Assembly: GCA_963780185.1 (NCBI GenBank)
Contig: CAWABA010000006.1
Coordinates: 864,001 to 928,000 of the forward strand
Origin: Candidatus Bathyarchaeota archaeon
GTDB lineage: Archaea; Thermoproteota; Bathyarchaeia; Bathyarchaeales; Bathycorpusculaceae
DNA length: 64,000 nucleotides
Direction of reading: 5' to 3'
A program made the translations under genes and the position numbers. The notes under the pieces were generated by a model. It saw nothing but the letters and a program-made list of their open reading frames with translations. It had not been told where the DNA came from and made no database searches. Shown here in pieces: positions 10,356 to 20,000 of the stretch (position 1 is the stretch's first letter; each line of letters starts with the position of its first letter).

Positions 10356-10586
10356 GCGTCTTTTTCTCCTACGGGTATAGTAAGCTGATAAGCAAAATTA
10401 ACGGGTTCTACGCTTAAAAAGTTAATGTTGCAAAAAGCTTTTGGCGTAAAACTGGTTTGGTTGGCAGAATTTAAAGGTTCAGCCTCTATTTTGACGCTTG
10501 ATGCCGATTACAAGTCAAGGTGCAACTTTTAAAATGATTGAAACAAGCTAGCCCTCTGCCGCTTCATTCCAAGCGGGTTGACCCAT

Positions 10587-13458
10587 TCAAAATCGTTTGC
10601 TCAGCGACTTGCGTTCAGCGTCCATTACCAACTCGTAGAATTTGTCCGAAAGCGAAGGCTCCTTTGACAGAACATCCGTTATGTCGGTCATGTAAACTCG
10701 CCTTGCGCTCAGAGCAACTGCCGCCGCCTTGCCATATGTTTCTATCAGTGCCGCGGTTTGTTTGGCGTGGAGTTGCAGTTTTTCCTCTTCTTTGGCTAAA
10801 TGCGCCCTCTTCTCAATCAGCGGCAAAGCCTTCTCCTCGTCAACTTTGAGCAGCCCCAACGCGTATGAGCCGCATCTTGGACACTTCGGTTTGTCAGGCA
10901 GGTCTTTTATGCGGAATGTCTCCATGTAGTCCCAGCAGCTTGTGCAGATGAAGTTGCCTGTTTCATTTAGCAATCGGGCTTTGGCTGCCGCAATTAGGAC
11001 GGCACGCATCTTTTCAGGCGGGATAAGGTCGGTTTTCATGCTGACACGTTCGATTCCGACTCTTGCGACGGGAGTTGCGTTGCCGCCTGTTTCGACAACT
11101 TGGAAGCCTACGTCGCCGCTTCGAATTCGATTAAGTACGAACACTAAGCCGTCTGCGTCGAGGTCCTTGCTGAAGACTTCTTTGAGGCCTTCCTCGTAAA
11201 TGGGCGTACCTTCAAAGCTTGAGATCAACTTCTGAATGCTCACGTTGCTAAAGTCAGCCCACTTCTTCAGCGCGCCAAAACGCCTTGCCACCTGAATTAC
11301 CCGCCGCTTAAACAAACCCGTCTTCACAGTTGACCGTGTAAGCGTGGCTTTAACAACTGGGTCGCTCATGCCTTTCAATTCGGTGAAGATTTCAACTATC
11401 CGCTCGGCGCTCATGGTGCCCATGGTTTGGACAAAGATGCGGTAAGGGTCATGTTGAACAACGATGCCTCGTCCAAGCTTGTCAGACAGCACTTCGCCAA
11501 GAAACTGAGCCAGCGCACGGTTGATTAGGGAGCCAAAGTTAGAGTGAATTATGACAAATTCGCCCCAATCCTCCACCACGACGCGCTTAGGTGTGGGAAC
11601 AGCCAAACCAGAGTGCACCTGCTCCACCGTCTCCTCCAGCGCCCGCAGAATTGTCTCTTGAGTGGCGGGGTAACGTTCCGAAAGCAAAGCACTTACCTCT
11701 TCAACCGAGACGCCCGCATGCATTTTTTCTTCGAGGATTCCGCGGATTTCCGCAAGCTCCTGCGCTACCTCGTATGGAACAGGGATTTCTTCGCCTATCC
11801 AGCTGGGAATGGAGCCTGAGGGGTCGTTAACTGGGCGCACGTATACCTTGTCTTCTGTGGCATGCATTATTTGCCATGGGCTGCCGCGTATAATGAATTT
11901 TGTTCCAGGCTTGCCATATTCCGCCATGAATGCTTCGTCTGAGCACGCCGATTGAAGTGTCCGTTGATTCGTCAATAACCAAAAACTGCTTCTCAACAGG
12001 AATCATTGACAGGTTATCAAAATAGTATTCGAACAGAGCTTTGGACCGCTGAGGCTTAAGCGCAACTTGGTCTTCAAAACTCACCCAAGCCAAACGCGGA
12101 AAACGCTCATGCATGTACTTGAAAGCTTTGCTGACGTCTTCCATAGTTAGGTTCTGGAAGGGTGCAGCGTTTCGCGCCAGTTCTAAGACTTCGGTAAATT
12201 CGAGGCGTCGGGTTTTGAGCATTAACCCAGCTATCTGATGCACTAAAACGTCGTAGGGTTTGTCGGGCATTTGAACGGGCTCTAGCGATTCGACGAGGGC
12301 TCTGCGGGCGATAACCAACGCTTCAAGGGTATCGTCAGAATCCATGCCTATGATTAAGCCCTCGGCGACTTGACCGTAGGTGTGTCCTGCCCGACCGACC
12401 CGCTGAATCAACCGGGTAACTTGCCGCGGACTCATGTACTGGATGACAAGGTCGATGCGTCCAACGTCGATGCCGAGTTCGAGGCTGCTGGTCGCAATTA
12501 AGCCTTTTAAGTCCCCACGCTTCAAGCCTTGTTCAGCAGTTATCCTTGACAGCTTGGCTAAGGATCCGTGGTGGATTGAAATTGGAAAATCGATGTCCCA
12601 AACTTTGAAGCGGGAAGCTAAAACTTCAGATATTGAACGGGTGTTGGTGAAGAGGAGCACGGATTTTCGTTTGCTCATGTAGTCGCGGATAATTCGCAGT
12701 CGGGCGGCTACTTCTGGATGTGTGTAAATTTTGTTGGCGAACCTCACGTCTTCTTCGGTTGGTTTTGGGTAAATTACTTCCAGCTTGACCATTTTGGCGA
12801 CGGGTACACGGATGATTTCGACGGGACGCTTTGTGCCTACGAGAAATTGGGCGACGACTTCTGGGCTGCCGATGGTGGCGGATAAGCCGATCATTTGAAA
12901 ATCTTTTCCAACAAGGCTCCTTACCCGCTCCAGCGCCAGTGACAGTTGGCTTCCCCGTTTGCTGTCAGCTAACTCGTGGACTTCGTCGATGATTACCCAC
13001 CGCAGGCTTTGCAGGTGCTGTCGCAGAACCCAGCCTGAAAGAATGGCCTGCAGGGTTTCGGGGGTGGTTATCAGGATGTCTGGTGGGCTGCGGGATTGAC
13101 GCATGCGTTCTTTGGTTTCGGTGTCCCCGTGCCGAACCGCCAGCTTGATGTCTAGGCTGTTGCACCACCATTGAAGCCTATCCAAAATGTCCCTGTTAAG
13201 AGACCTAAGAGGCGTGATATAGAGGACTTTTATGCCTGGAGTTTTGGGTTCCCGCAAAAGACTGCTCAGAACGGGCAAGAAGGCAGCTTCCGTTTTCCCT
13301 GTGGCTGTCGGCGAAATCAGCAGGACGTTTTTGCCTTCGAGGATTTTCGGGATGGTTTTTTCTTGGGGTTCGGTTGGTTTAAGGAATCCTCTCTGTTCAA
13401 CGAGCCTTCGAACTGGCTTTACAAGCAAATCAAAAGCGTTTTCAGAAGTTTCCTGCAA
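10587..13458 (-). CDS. lhr: Lhr-family DEAD/DEAH helicase, frameshift near 11940
   Basis: PTATGKT, TTPETL, DEVH, GLSAT, HHGSL, TSSLELGID and QRVGRAGH; C-terminal part with CxxC..CPxC in ORF 10587-11996. Confidence 0.92.
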
Positions 13459-14090
13459 TAACTGTGAACCCCGAACTGGTAAGATAAGCTAAGAGCCAAG
13501 TATTTAAAAAACATTGTATTGCAGGTCGCTTTGCCCCTGAAATGACCGCTTTTTTGAACCCATATTTGTGGTGGTTTTTTGTCACAAATACTAGACCCCC
13601 TCCCCCCGTCTCCAACCCATCTTTACCTTGACTTTTTGAGGTAAAAATGGGGTACCCTCCCCACGTCGGCTGGTTCTGCTTGGGGCTTGGTTTGGGTTGA
13701 TTTTTTGGTTTGGGCTTGTATTCTTTTTGTTGGTTCGGGCGAGGTGAGCTAGGGAAAAGTGGTTTTTTGGAGTGAAGTTTTGTAATATTACAAAACTGAA
13801 ATGTTCGAAGGCAGCAGAAACCCGTTGACACCTGTTTCTGGAGGGGCTCTTCTTGCGGCAAGGCGGGTTTGGTGGCTGGTTTCTTTTTTGTTTTTGTGGG
13901 TGTTTTGGGGGATACTGCTAAGTTACCCATGAAGTTTTCAGAAGATCAGCAATTTCAGATGTTTGGCCATTAGTAAAGATTTAATTTAACTTAGCAAAAA
14001 CCGATTTAGTACATTTAGAGGATTCAAAGAACTCCGAGTTTTCGTAATCAAATGGTCAGAAATAACCCCAAATCAAGCCCCGTTATACAT

Positions 14091-14126
14091 ATGACAGATT
14101 TTGTTCTAGAGAACAGATTCTGTCAT
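14091..14126. repeat. 36-bp near-perfect palindrome
   Basis: ATGACAGATTTTGTTCT-AG-AGAACAGATTCTGTCAT. Confidence 0.75.
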
Positions 14127-14285
14127 CCACATGCTCAAATTCCACACGTACATAGTATAAATCTAAGTTGATTTGGCGCAAAAAGCCCATGAATACTGCC
14201 TTTAGAAGTAATCTGCTTTTTTGTTGTAGCATAAAACCTAAATAGCAGAGTTAGCACTATAGTAATAGAGGTTGAAAATAGAAAA

Positions 14286-14984
14286 ATGCCAAAAGCTGGA
14301 AAATATGAATATCCCTTCTTTGACTTGGACGCAACAATAGAGAAGCTCAAGAAAGCTCACGATGACATAAGGGCAGACGAAATGGATAGAGAATGAGGGC
14401 AATAGTCTTAGCATGTCAACAACTGGTGGCGGGTTTGCTTACATAGTATCTTCGATGGAAAAATATCGGGCTAGTCAAAACTGGCGGTGGCAAGATAGTA
14501 ATAACTGCCCTAGGAAAAGCTTGCGATCTATGGCGATGAAGACGAGAAACGGAAAAGCAGAAGCGAAGCTGTTCTAAGCGTGGAACTATTCAACGAGCTG
14601 TTTACACAATACGGCATAGATGTAACAATAGACCAGATCAAAGCGTTTCTCAGGCAAAAAGGCAATGTGCCAGTTGAAAAAGCACAAAGTCTCGCTGAAA
14701 ACGTTGACAAAATATACAAAAATGTGGCAAACTACATCATATCTGCCGATAAACTCGAAAGACCAGAGGAAAAAATAGAAACTAAACAAGAAACCTCGGT
14801 TCCGAGTGAGGTAGAGAGGCGATTTGACACGCAAACAGGAAACGAGAAAAAAGACCTAATAAAAGTGCAAATAGGAAGTAACTACTTTGAAATCGACAGA
14901 AACGATACCCAAACATCAGAGCTTGCATTACAGATTATAGCCCAAAAACTTGGCCTAAAAGTAACTATTGAAAAAAGTGATTAA
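14286..14984 (+). CDS. Hypothetical protein, possibly winged-helix; multiple frameshifts
   Basis: Reconstructed MPKAGKYEYPFFDLD...MSTTGGGFAYIVSSMEKY(G)LVKTGGGKIVIT..G running into ORF 14580-14984. Confidence 0.55.
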
Positions 14985-15070
14985 ATCCTAGTCATCTTGA
15001 AGAATGGTCACAGTTAGGATAACGCCATTTCCGATTGCCTGCGCGGATGGGGTTATCCTAACGATAAAGT

Positions 15071-15149
15071 GACTGGATAGCTTAGTTCGGACAGTAGAAC
15101 CCGCCTGCTAAGCGGATCGTCGGGGGTTCAAATCCCCTTCGAGTCGCCA
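15071..15149 (+). tRNA. Atypical or degenerate tRNA, anticodon GCT, short variable loop, encoded CCA
   Basis: Acceptor GACTGGA/TCGAGTC (1 mismatch), anticodon arm CCGC-CTGCTAA-GCGG, T arm GGGGG-TTCAAAT-CCCCT, 3' G-CCA; D arm irregular. Confidence 0.65.
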
Positions 15150-15232
15150 TGTATATACTGTAAGATACCTTCACGTATATTTGTTTTGTGGAGCTAAGAA
15201 TCTGTTCTGTATAAGGCATTTTATTCTATATT

Positions 15233-15457
15233 TTGTTTTATGGTATCCTGTGGATATACCACAAGCCACAAATAGCTAGGACAATCTTATGGGATGCTGG
15301 AGCGTTCATTAATAACTGTTTCAGACCGCACCAAAGTTTTGGCGGTAAGACTCCAGCTCAAGCAGCAAGGATGAAGGCGCCCAACAACTGGAAAGGCTTG
15401 ATTGATGAAGCAACCAAGCTTGAAGCAATAACTTTAGTGAATGTTCTCAGTAATTAA
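15233..15457 (+). pseudogene. C-terminal remnant of a DDE transposase/integrase-core protein
   Basis: NCFRPHQSFGGKTPAQAA matches the YN..RPH..L.GKTPA.AA tail of integrase-core transposases. Confidence 0.65.
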
Positions 15458-15492
15458 ACAGAAGAAAAACTAGGAATGAAGGTTGTAAGTAA

Positions 15493-15663
15493 ATGAAGAA
15501 AATCTTAGTGTCTTTACCTGATGGTGTGGTCGAAATCTTGGACAAAGAATTAGTCGGCAAACTTGGAGAAGGATACAGCGATACACTAAGGCAAATTATC
15601 ATGAATTGGTTGAGCGAACAGGGATATTTGGCAAAAGGGGAAAACATGAACAAATCAAGTTGA
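15493..15663 (+). CDS. Ribbon-helix-helix (CopG-like) protein, 56 aa, not in the ORF track
   Basis: Manual translation MKKILVSLPDGVVEILDKELVGKLGEGYSDTLRQIIMNWLSEQGYL...; beta-strand + helix + G..S..R..I helix pattern. Confidence 0.75.
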   Translation: MKKILVSLPDGVVEILDKELVGKLGEGYSDTLRQIIMNWLSEQGYLAKGENMNKSS

Positions 15664-15813
15664 AAGAGAACCTTTAGAGGAATAGACCTCTAGTACAAGC
15701 ATTGACTCAGCCCTAGGTGACTTAGTTATTGAGAAGTGCATCACAACGGAAGAGGAATACGAAATCGAGTTAAAGGAAAGGTAAAAGTCAAGCAAGTATC
15801 AAAAATGCGTTTA

Positions 15814-16131
15814 CTATTCAATCACTAATCCGATTTTGTCGCTTATCTCCTTCTTGTTCAAAACTTCGCAGTCACTATTGTCAAAGTTAGCGTGATTTGG
15901 GCAACCGAATGGATATTCCCAAAATGCTAATTCGACTGTCAATTCTTTGTTATCATTGCAGATAGGACATCGAACTTCATTATTCCAGACATGCATGTAT
16001 TCTTCACTCATCGCTCGCTCATCTACCGAAACAACGCCACCATAGCAAATCGTGCTATGAAATTGTGCCCTTTTTGACATTTTAGTTTTACTTCCAATTC
16101 AGGGCATTCTTTCCAAAACTCGTCTTCCATT
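15814..16131 (-). CDS. Hypothetical Zn-finger-like protein, frameshifted
   Basis: CPIC and FWEYPFG in ORF 15814-16080; upstream frame MEDEFWKECPELEVKLKCQKGH. Confidence 0.5.
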
Positions 16132-16211
16132 TCGCTTTTCAAGATTAACCCCTCGTAGTCAGATAAACTGCCTTAAAATATTTAAAACAAACGGTTTGCA
16201 GAAATTATTGA

Positions 16212-16233
16212 TGTTAGGTAACTTAACCTAACA
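16212..16233. promoter_or_regulatory. Palindromic operator upstream of the HTH regulator
   Basis: Perfect inverted repeat TGTTAGGT-N6-ACCTAACA, 20 nt before a TTAAAT TATA-like box. Confidence 0.65.
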
Positions 16234-16320
16234 GTATCGTTTTGGGGTAAGGCTTAAATGCTTAATCAGCGTGCGCTTACTATGTAAGCCACATGGTGCT
16301 TACTGTAGGAGCAAAACAAA

Positions 16321-16782
16321 ATGACCCTCAGCCTCGCCTACCTAACCCCCAAACAAAAAACAATATGGGACCTCAAAACCAGAGGAATCCAAGAAGCCCA
16401 CATCGCCAAAAAACTCGGCGTCACCAGACAAACCATCCACAAAGCCCTCGACACCGCCAACCTCAAAATCGGCGAAGCCCTAGCGGAAACCGCCAAAATC
16501 AACAAAATCGAAACCCAAAAAATCGACCCCGACAAAGGCTACCTCCTCGGCTACAGCAGCCACTTCAAAACAGCAGCCTTCATCACCTTCAGCGCCAAAA
16601 ACGGCGTCCAAGTCTGGTACAAACACGAAGGCGACTGCCAAAAATGCAGCCAACTCCAAACCTGCCGAGACGCCCTACTCGCCGAGGCTAAAGACCGCAA
16701 CTTCCTAATCTTGGATGACACCAGCAAGATTTTGCCCTCCCAATTAGCAGAAGCCTTAATCTCAAAAATAACAGGTGAATAA
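16321..16782 (+). CDS. HTH transcription regulator (sigma70-r4-like HTH + C-terminal CxxC-x5-C domain)
   Basis: LTPKQ..IW..IAKKLGVTRQTIHKAL HTH; WYKHEGDCQKCSQLQTC. Confidence 0.85.
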   Translation: MTLSLAYLTPKQKTIWDLKTRGIQEAHIAKKLGVTRQTIHKALDTANLKIGEALAETAKINKIETQKIDPDKGYLLGYSSHFKTAAFITFSAKNGVQVWYKHEGDCQKCSQLQTCRDALLAEAKDRNFLILDDTSKILPSQLAEALISKITGE

Positions 16783-16784
16783 CA

Positions 16785-17977
16785 ATGGGTTTACTCAAAC
16801 GCCTAAAAGAGTTATTGAGTTGGTGTCCACAACCCCCTGACCGTTCCCCAACAAAACTCAAACGCTACTCAATCCCGATTGCTGTGGCGCTTGTGGCATC
16901 AATCGTGTTAGCTATGTCGTTTTCCGTTTTTTTCTGTAAACCTTCGCTTCTCAGCACCTGTTGCCGCCTGCTCCAGCGGTAAACCTTCCCACGTTGACGT
17001 CGGCGGGACCAATCACCATTGAGGCAGATGGAAGCGTTCAGCCAGCAAACGCCCCCATCCAACGAGACGAAGACATCTACATGTTAACCTCAAGCATATA
17101 CAACAGCCCCATAACGGTGCTAAGAAACAACATAGACGTTCTTGGGTCAGGCTACGCTTCACAAGGCATCGGCAGCGGGGTAGCTTTAAACTTAACGTGC
17201 ACTGGCGTATCAGTTACGGGCTTTAGCATTTCCAACTGGGCTGTCGGAGTCCTCGGCGTCTACTTGGCAACGCAGTCAGCAACTGCAACATAACGGGCAA
17301 CAACAGGGGCATCGCAATCTACGCTGACGATTACTCGGTGATAAACAATTATTTGGCGAATAACCAGTGGGCTGTTCGCATCCAAGGAAACGACAACACC
17401 GTTTCAAACAACCAAATAGTCGGCAACACCGAAGGCTTCTACATCACATCAAGCAGCGGAAACACAATTTACCGAAACGACATATCCAACAACCCCACAG
17501 CAATCTCAACTGACTACGGCGGCTTTGTCGTCTACGACAACAACTTCTCAAACAACACAACCCCAGTTGTCACAGCCTACGATGCCCTGTACGATGAGCA
17601 ACACTTCAGTGCGATGCCAAACTGGGATTACCATGGCGTCGGCAACTACTGGGCTGACTACCAAGCAAAATACCCCAATGCAGCAACAGACAGCTCGGGC
17701 GTGTGGAGTCAGCCTTACGTGGTAGACGCAAACTCCGGCATCGTTGACAACTACCCACTTTCCGCCCAGGTTCCGCTCTCTGACAGTGGCAGTGACCACG
17801 CAGACTTCTCAGCATAAGTTGGCGACCCCTTCGCTATACATAGTGCTAATTTACGCAGTAGCCGGAGTTACCATTGCACTCTTAGCGGTCCTAGCCTTCA
17901 TGACCTATCGGCAACAAAAAACTAAAGCTGCCGCAGTTGAAAGTAAGCAAGCGCTCACCGAGGCAGCGAAAGTATAG
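16785..17977 (+). CDS. Membrane-anchored NosD/parallel beta-helix protein with N-terminal WCPQP peptide; several frameshifts
   Basis: ORFs 16785-16982, 16961-17293, 17338-17817 and 17744-17977 join into N-terminal TM, Asn-rich beta-helix repeats, GNYWADY..DNYPL and C-terminal TM. Confidence 0.8.
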
Positions 17978-18001
17978 TTTAAAAAACAAAGGTGAATATG
18001 C

Positions 18002-19437
18002 ATGCAGTTAAGGAAGAGACTTAAAGACTTTAGAAATTGGTGCCCGCAGCCCCCAGACCGTCTGCCTACAAAATTGAAGCGTTACTCGATGCCTATTGCG
18101 GCTGTGGTTACGGCTACCCTTATTTTATCCGTGTCATTTTTCGTATTTTCATCAAGCTTAATGCCGTCCGCTCCAATTGTGCCCTTAGTTAATGTGCCTG
18201 TTTCAGCAACTCCCACGTTACTCTGGAAACACAACATTAATGCTACTGAAGGCTACGGAGCTTCTTCTCCAGTGGTGGTCAACGGCGTAGTTTACACAAG
18301 CGAGAACAACTACGTTTACGCTCTAAACGCAACCGACGGCACCCAGCTCTGGGATTACTTCACAGGCGGCGGAGTTGTTTCTAAACCTGCAGTTGCCGAT
18401 GGTGTCGTTTACGTTAATACGGACTTTTCCATTGACGCTTTGAATGCTACTGACGGCTCGCAGATTTGGAGTAACGAGCCTCAACATGATGTGCCCGTTG
18501 GTTTCTCTTCTCCGACTGTTGCCGACGGAGTCGTCTATGCTGGCACAACCACTTTAGACACCATTTGGACAATCGTGAAGGCAACGTTTACGCCATAAAC
18601 GCAACCAACGGCAAAACAGTTTGGACCACTCCGCCCTTCGCTGGCTTCGCCACCGTTCCTTCATCGCCCACGGTCGCCGACGGGGTAGTCTACATAGGTG
18701 CTGAGGGCGCGTTTGGCTGGGATATTCGTCCAGGTACGTCAATAAGCCAGATTTGCTATGGCGTTTATGCTTTGAATGCTACGAGCGGAGCGCAACTCTG
18801 GAAGTACAACATAGGTTACTCCGGTGGGGCGTCTCCAGTTGTTGTCGGCGGAGTCGTCTACTACGTCCCAGAAGAAAATAACTTATTCGCATTAAACGCT
18901 ACGAGCGGCGCAGAAATCTGGAATTACAGCGCGCCCATGGGCAACCCCTCTCAAGGCAATCCTTACAATGTCAACGTTGATTCGTATCCTGCCGTTGTCG
19001 ACGGCATCGTGTACTTGGGCTCAGATGAAGGCAACGTTTACGCTTTCAACGCCGCCAGCGGCACTATACTCTGGAATTACACGATTGGCAAGGGAGCTCT
19101 GTCGACTCCCAATGTCGCCGATGGAGTTTTGCACGTTGGTTCATCTGATGACAATATTTACGCTTTGAACGCCACAAACGGTGTCGAACTGTGGAGCTAC
19201 CCCACCAGCGGCGCAGTTGATTCTCCAGCTGTAATCAACGGGGTGCTCTACGTGGGCGGAGGCAACAACATTTATGCTTTAAGAGTTTCACCTGCCATGA
19301 GTTCTTCGGTTAAGACGCACCTCTCTGTGCAAATTATGATCGGCGTAGTGGTTTTTGCATTCATTGTTGTTGCATTAGTGCTTGTTCTGGCGCTAAAAAG
19401 GAAATTAAAAACAGGTGACAAAGATGGGCATGCGTAA
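18002..19437 (+). CDS. Membrane-anchored PQQ-like beta-propeller protein with N-terminal WCPQP peptide; frameshift near 18560
   Basis: Repeated SSP.V.DGVVY.G...VYALNAT.G..LW.Y blades; N- and C-terminal TM helices. Confidence 0.88.
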
Positions 19438-19482
19438 AAGATTGAGGATTGATGTCCTCAGCCTTTAGTGCCCTTAAATTAA
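19424..19482 (+). pseudogene. Vestigial third WCPQP cassette
   Basis: AGGTGA RBS, then ATG GGC ATG CGT AAA AGA TTG AGG (MGMRKRLR), followed after a 1-nt shift by TGA TGT CCT CAG CCT (*CPQP). Confidence 0.6.
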
Positions 19483-19508
19483 AAAAATTGTCTTCAGCAG
19501 TATCTTTT

Positions 19509-19832
19509 TTACCAGCCGTGTTTAATTGTTGATGCTGTTTGCGGATGCTTGTTTTTCTTTTCGTCTTTTTTGTGGTTGAACCTTTTGATTTTGACTGCGT
19601 TGCCTTCTACGGCGGTCCAGTGGGTGCTGTTTAGCCTTTTGCTGTTGACGAATTTGGTTACCATCCTCTGCAATTCAAAGGTGGAAACCTCTTCGCCTTT
19701 CAAGGTTAATCCGTCGGAGATTATGGTTGAGGTTAATTTGAAGTGTTTTTGCAGAAAGTTGGCGAGGCTCTCCTTCTCCTCGTCTAAATCGGGCATTTCG
19801 ACTCTTACAGGGTTTTGGCTCTTTGACATCAA
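19509..19832 (-). CDS. Small basic protein, possibly eL22-like
   Basis: Pattern V.V.M..L...LANFL...L.L.....L.RMVTKFV..KRL...W......VKI resembles eL22 homologues. Confidence 0.5.
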   Translation of the reverse strand: MMSKSQNPVRVEMPDLDEEKESLANFLQKHFKLTSTIISDGLTLKGEEVSTFELQRMVTKFVNSKRLNSTHWTAVEGNAVKIKRFNHKKDEKKNKHPQTASTIKHGW

Positions 19833-20000
19833 ATCTTGCCAGCCTAATTCTATTGGCGATGCTTCAAGCTATTAAATCCTACCTAAATACAAGCGCAAAC
19901 AAACATTTTTGGAGACTAAAAACCCATTACCGACGAGGTTACCGTCAACTTTAACTTATAACGACGCTCAAGTTAAGACAAATAGAAAGGTGTCGTTTCG

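Noticed and set aside
13442-13930. Lys/Pro-rich 162-aa ORF
   Set aside because: Translation of a low-complexity skewed tract with no domain evidence
15071-15149. tRNA-Pyl or amber suppressor (CTA in the loop)
   Set aside because: In the 7-nt loop CTGCTAA the anticodon position is GCT; CTA is off-register
16293-16691. Arg/Gln/Pro-rich 132-aa ORF
   Set aside because: Shadow frame of the HTH gene caused by its C/A-rich codon usage
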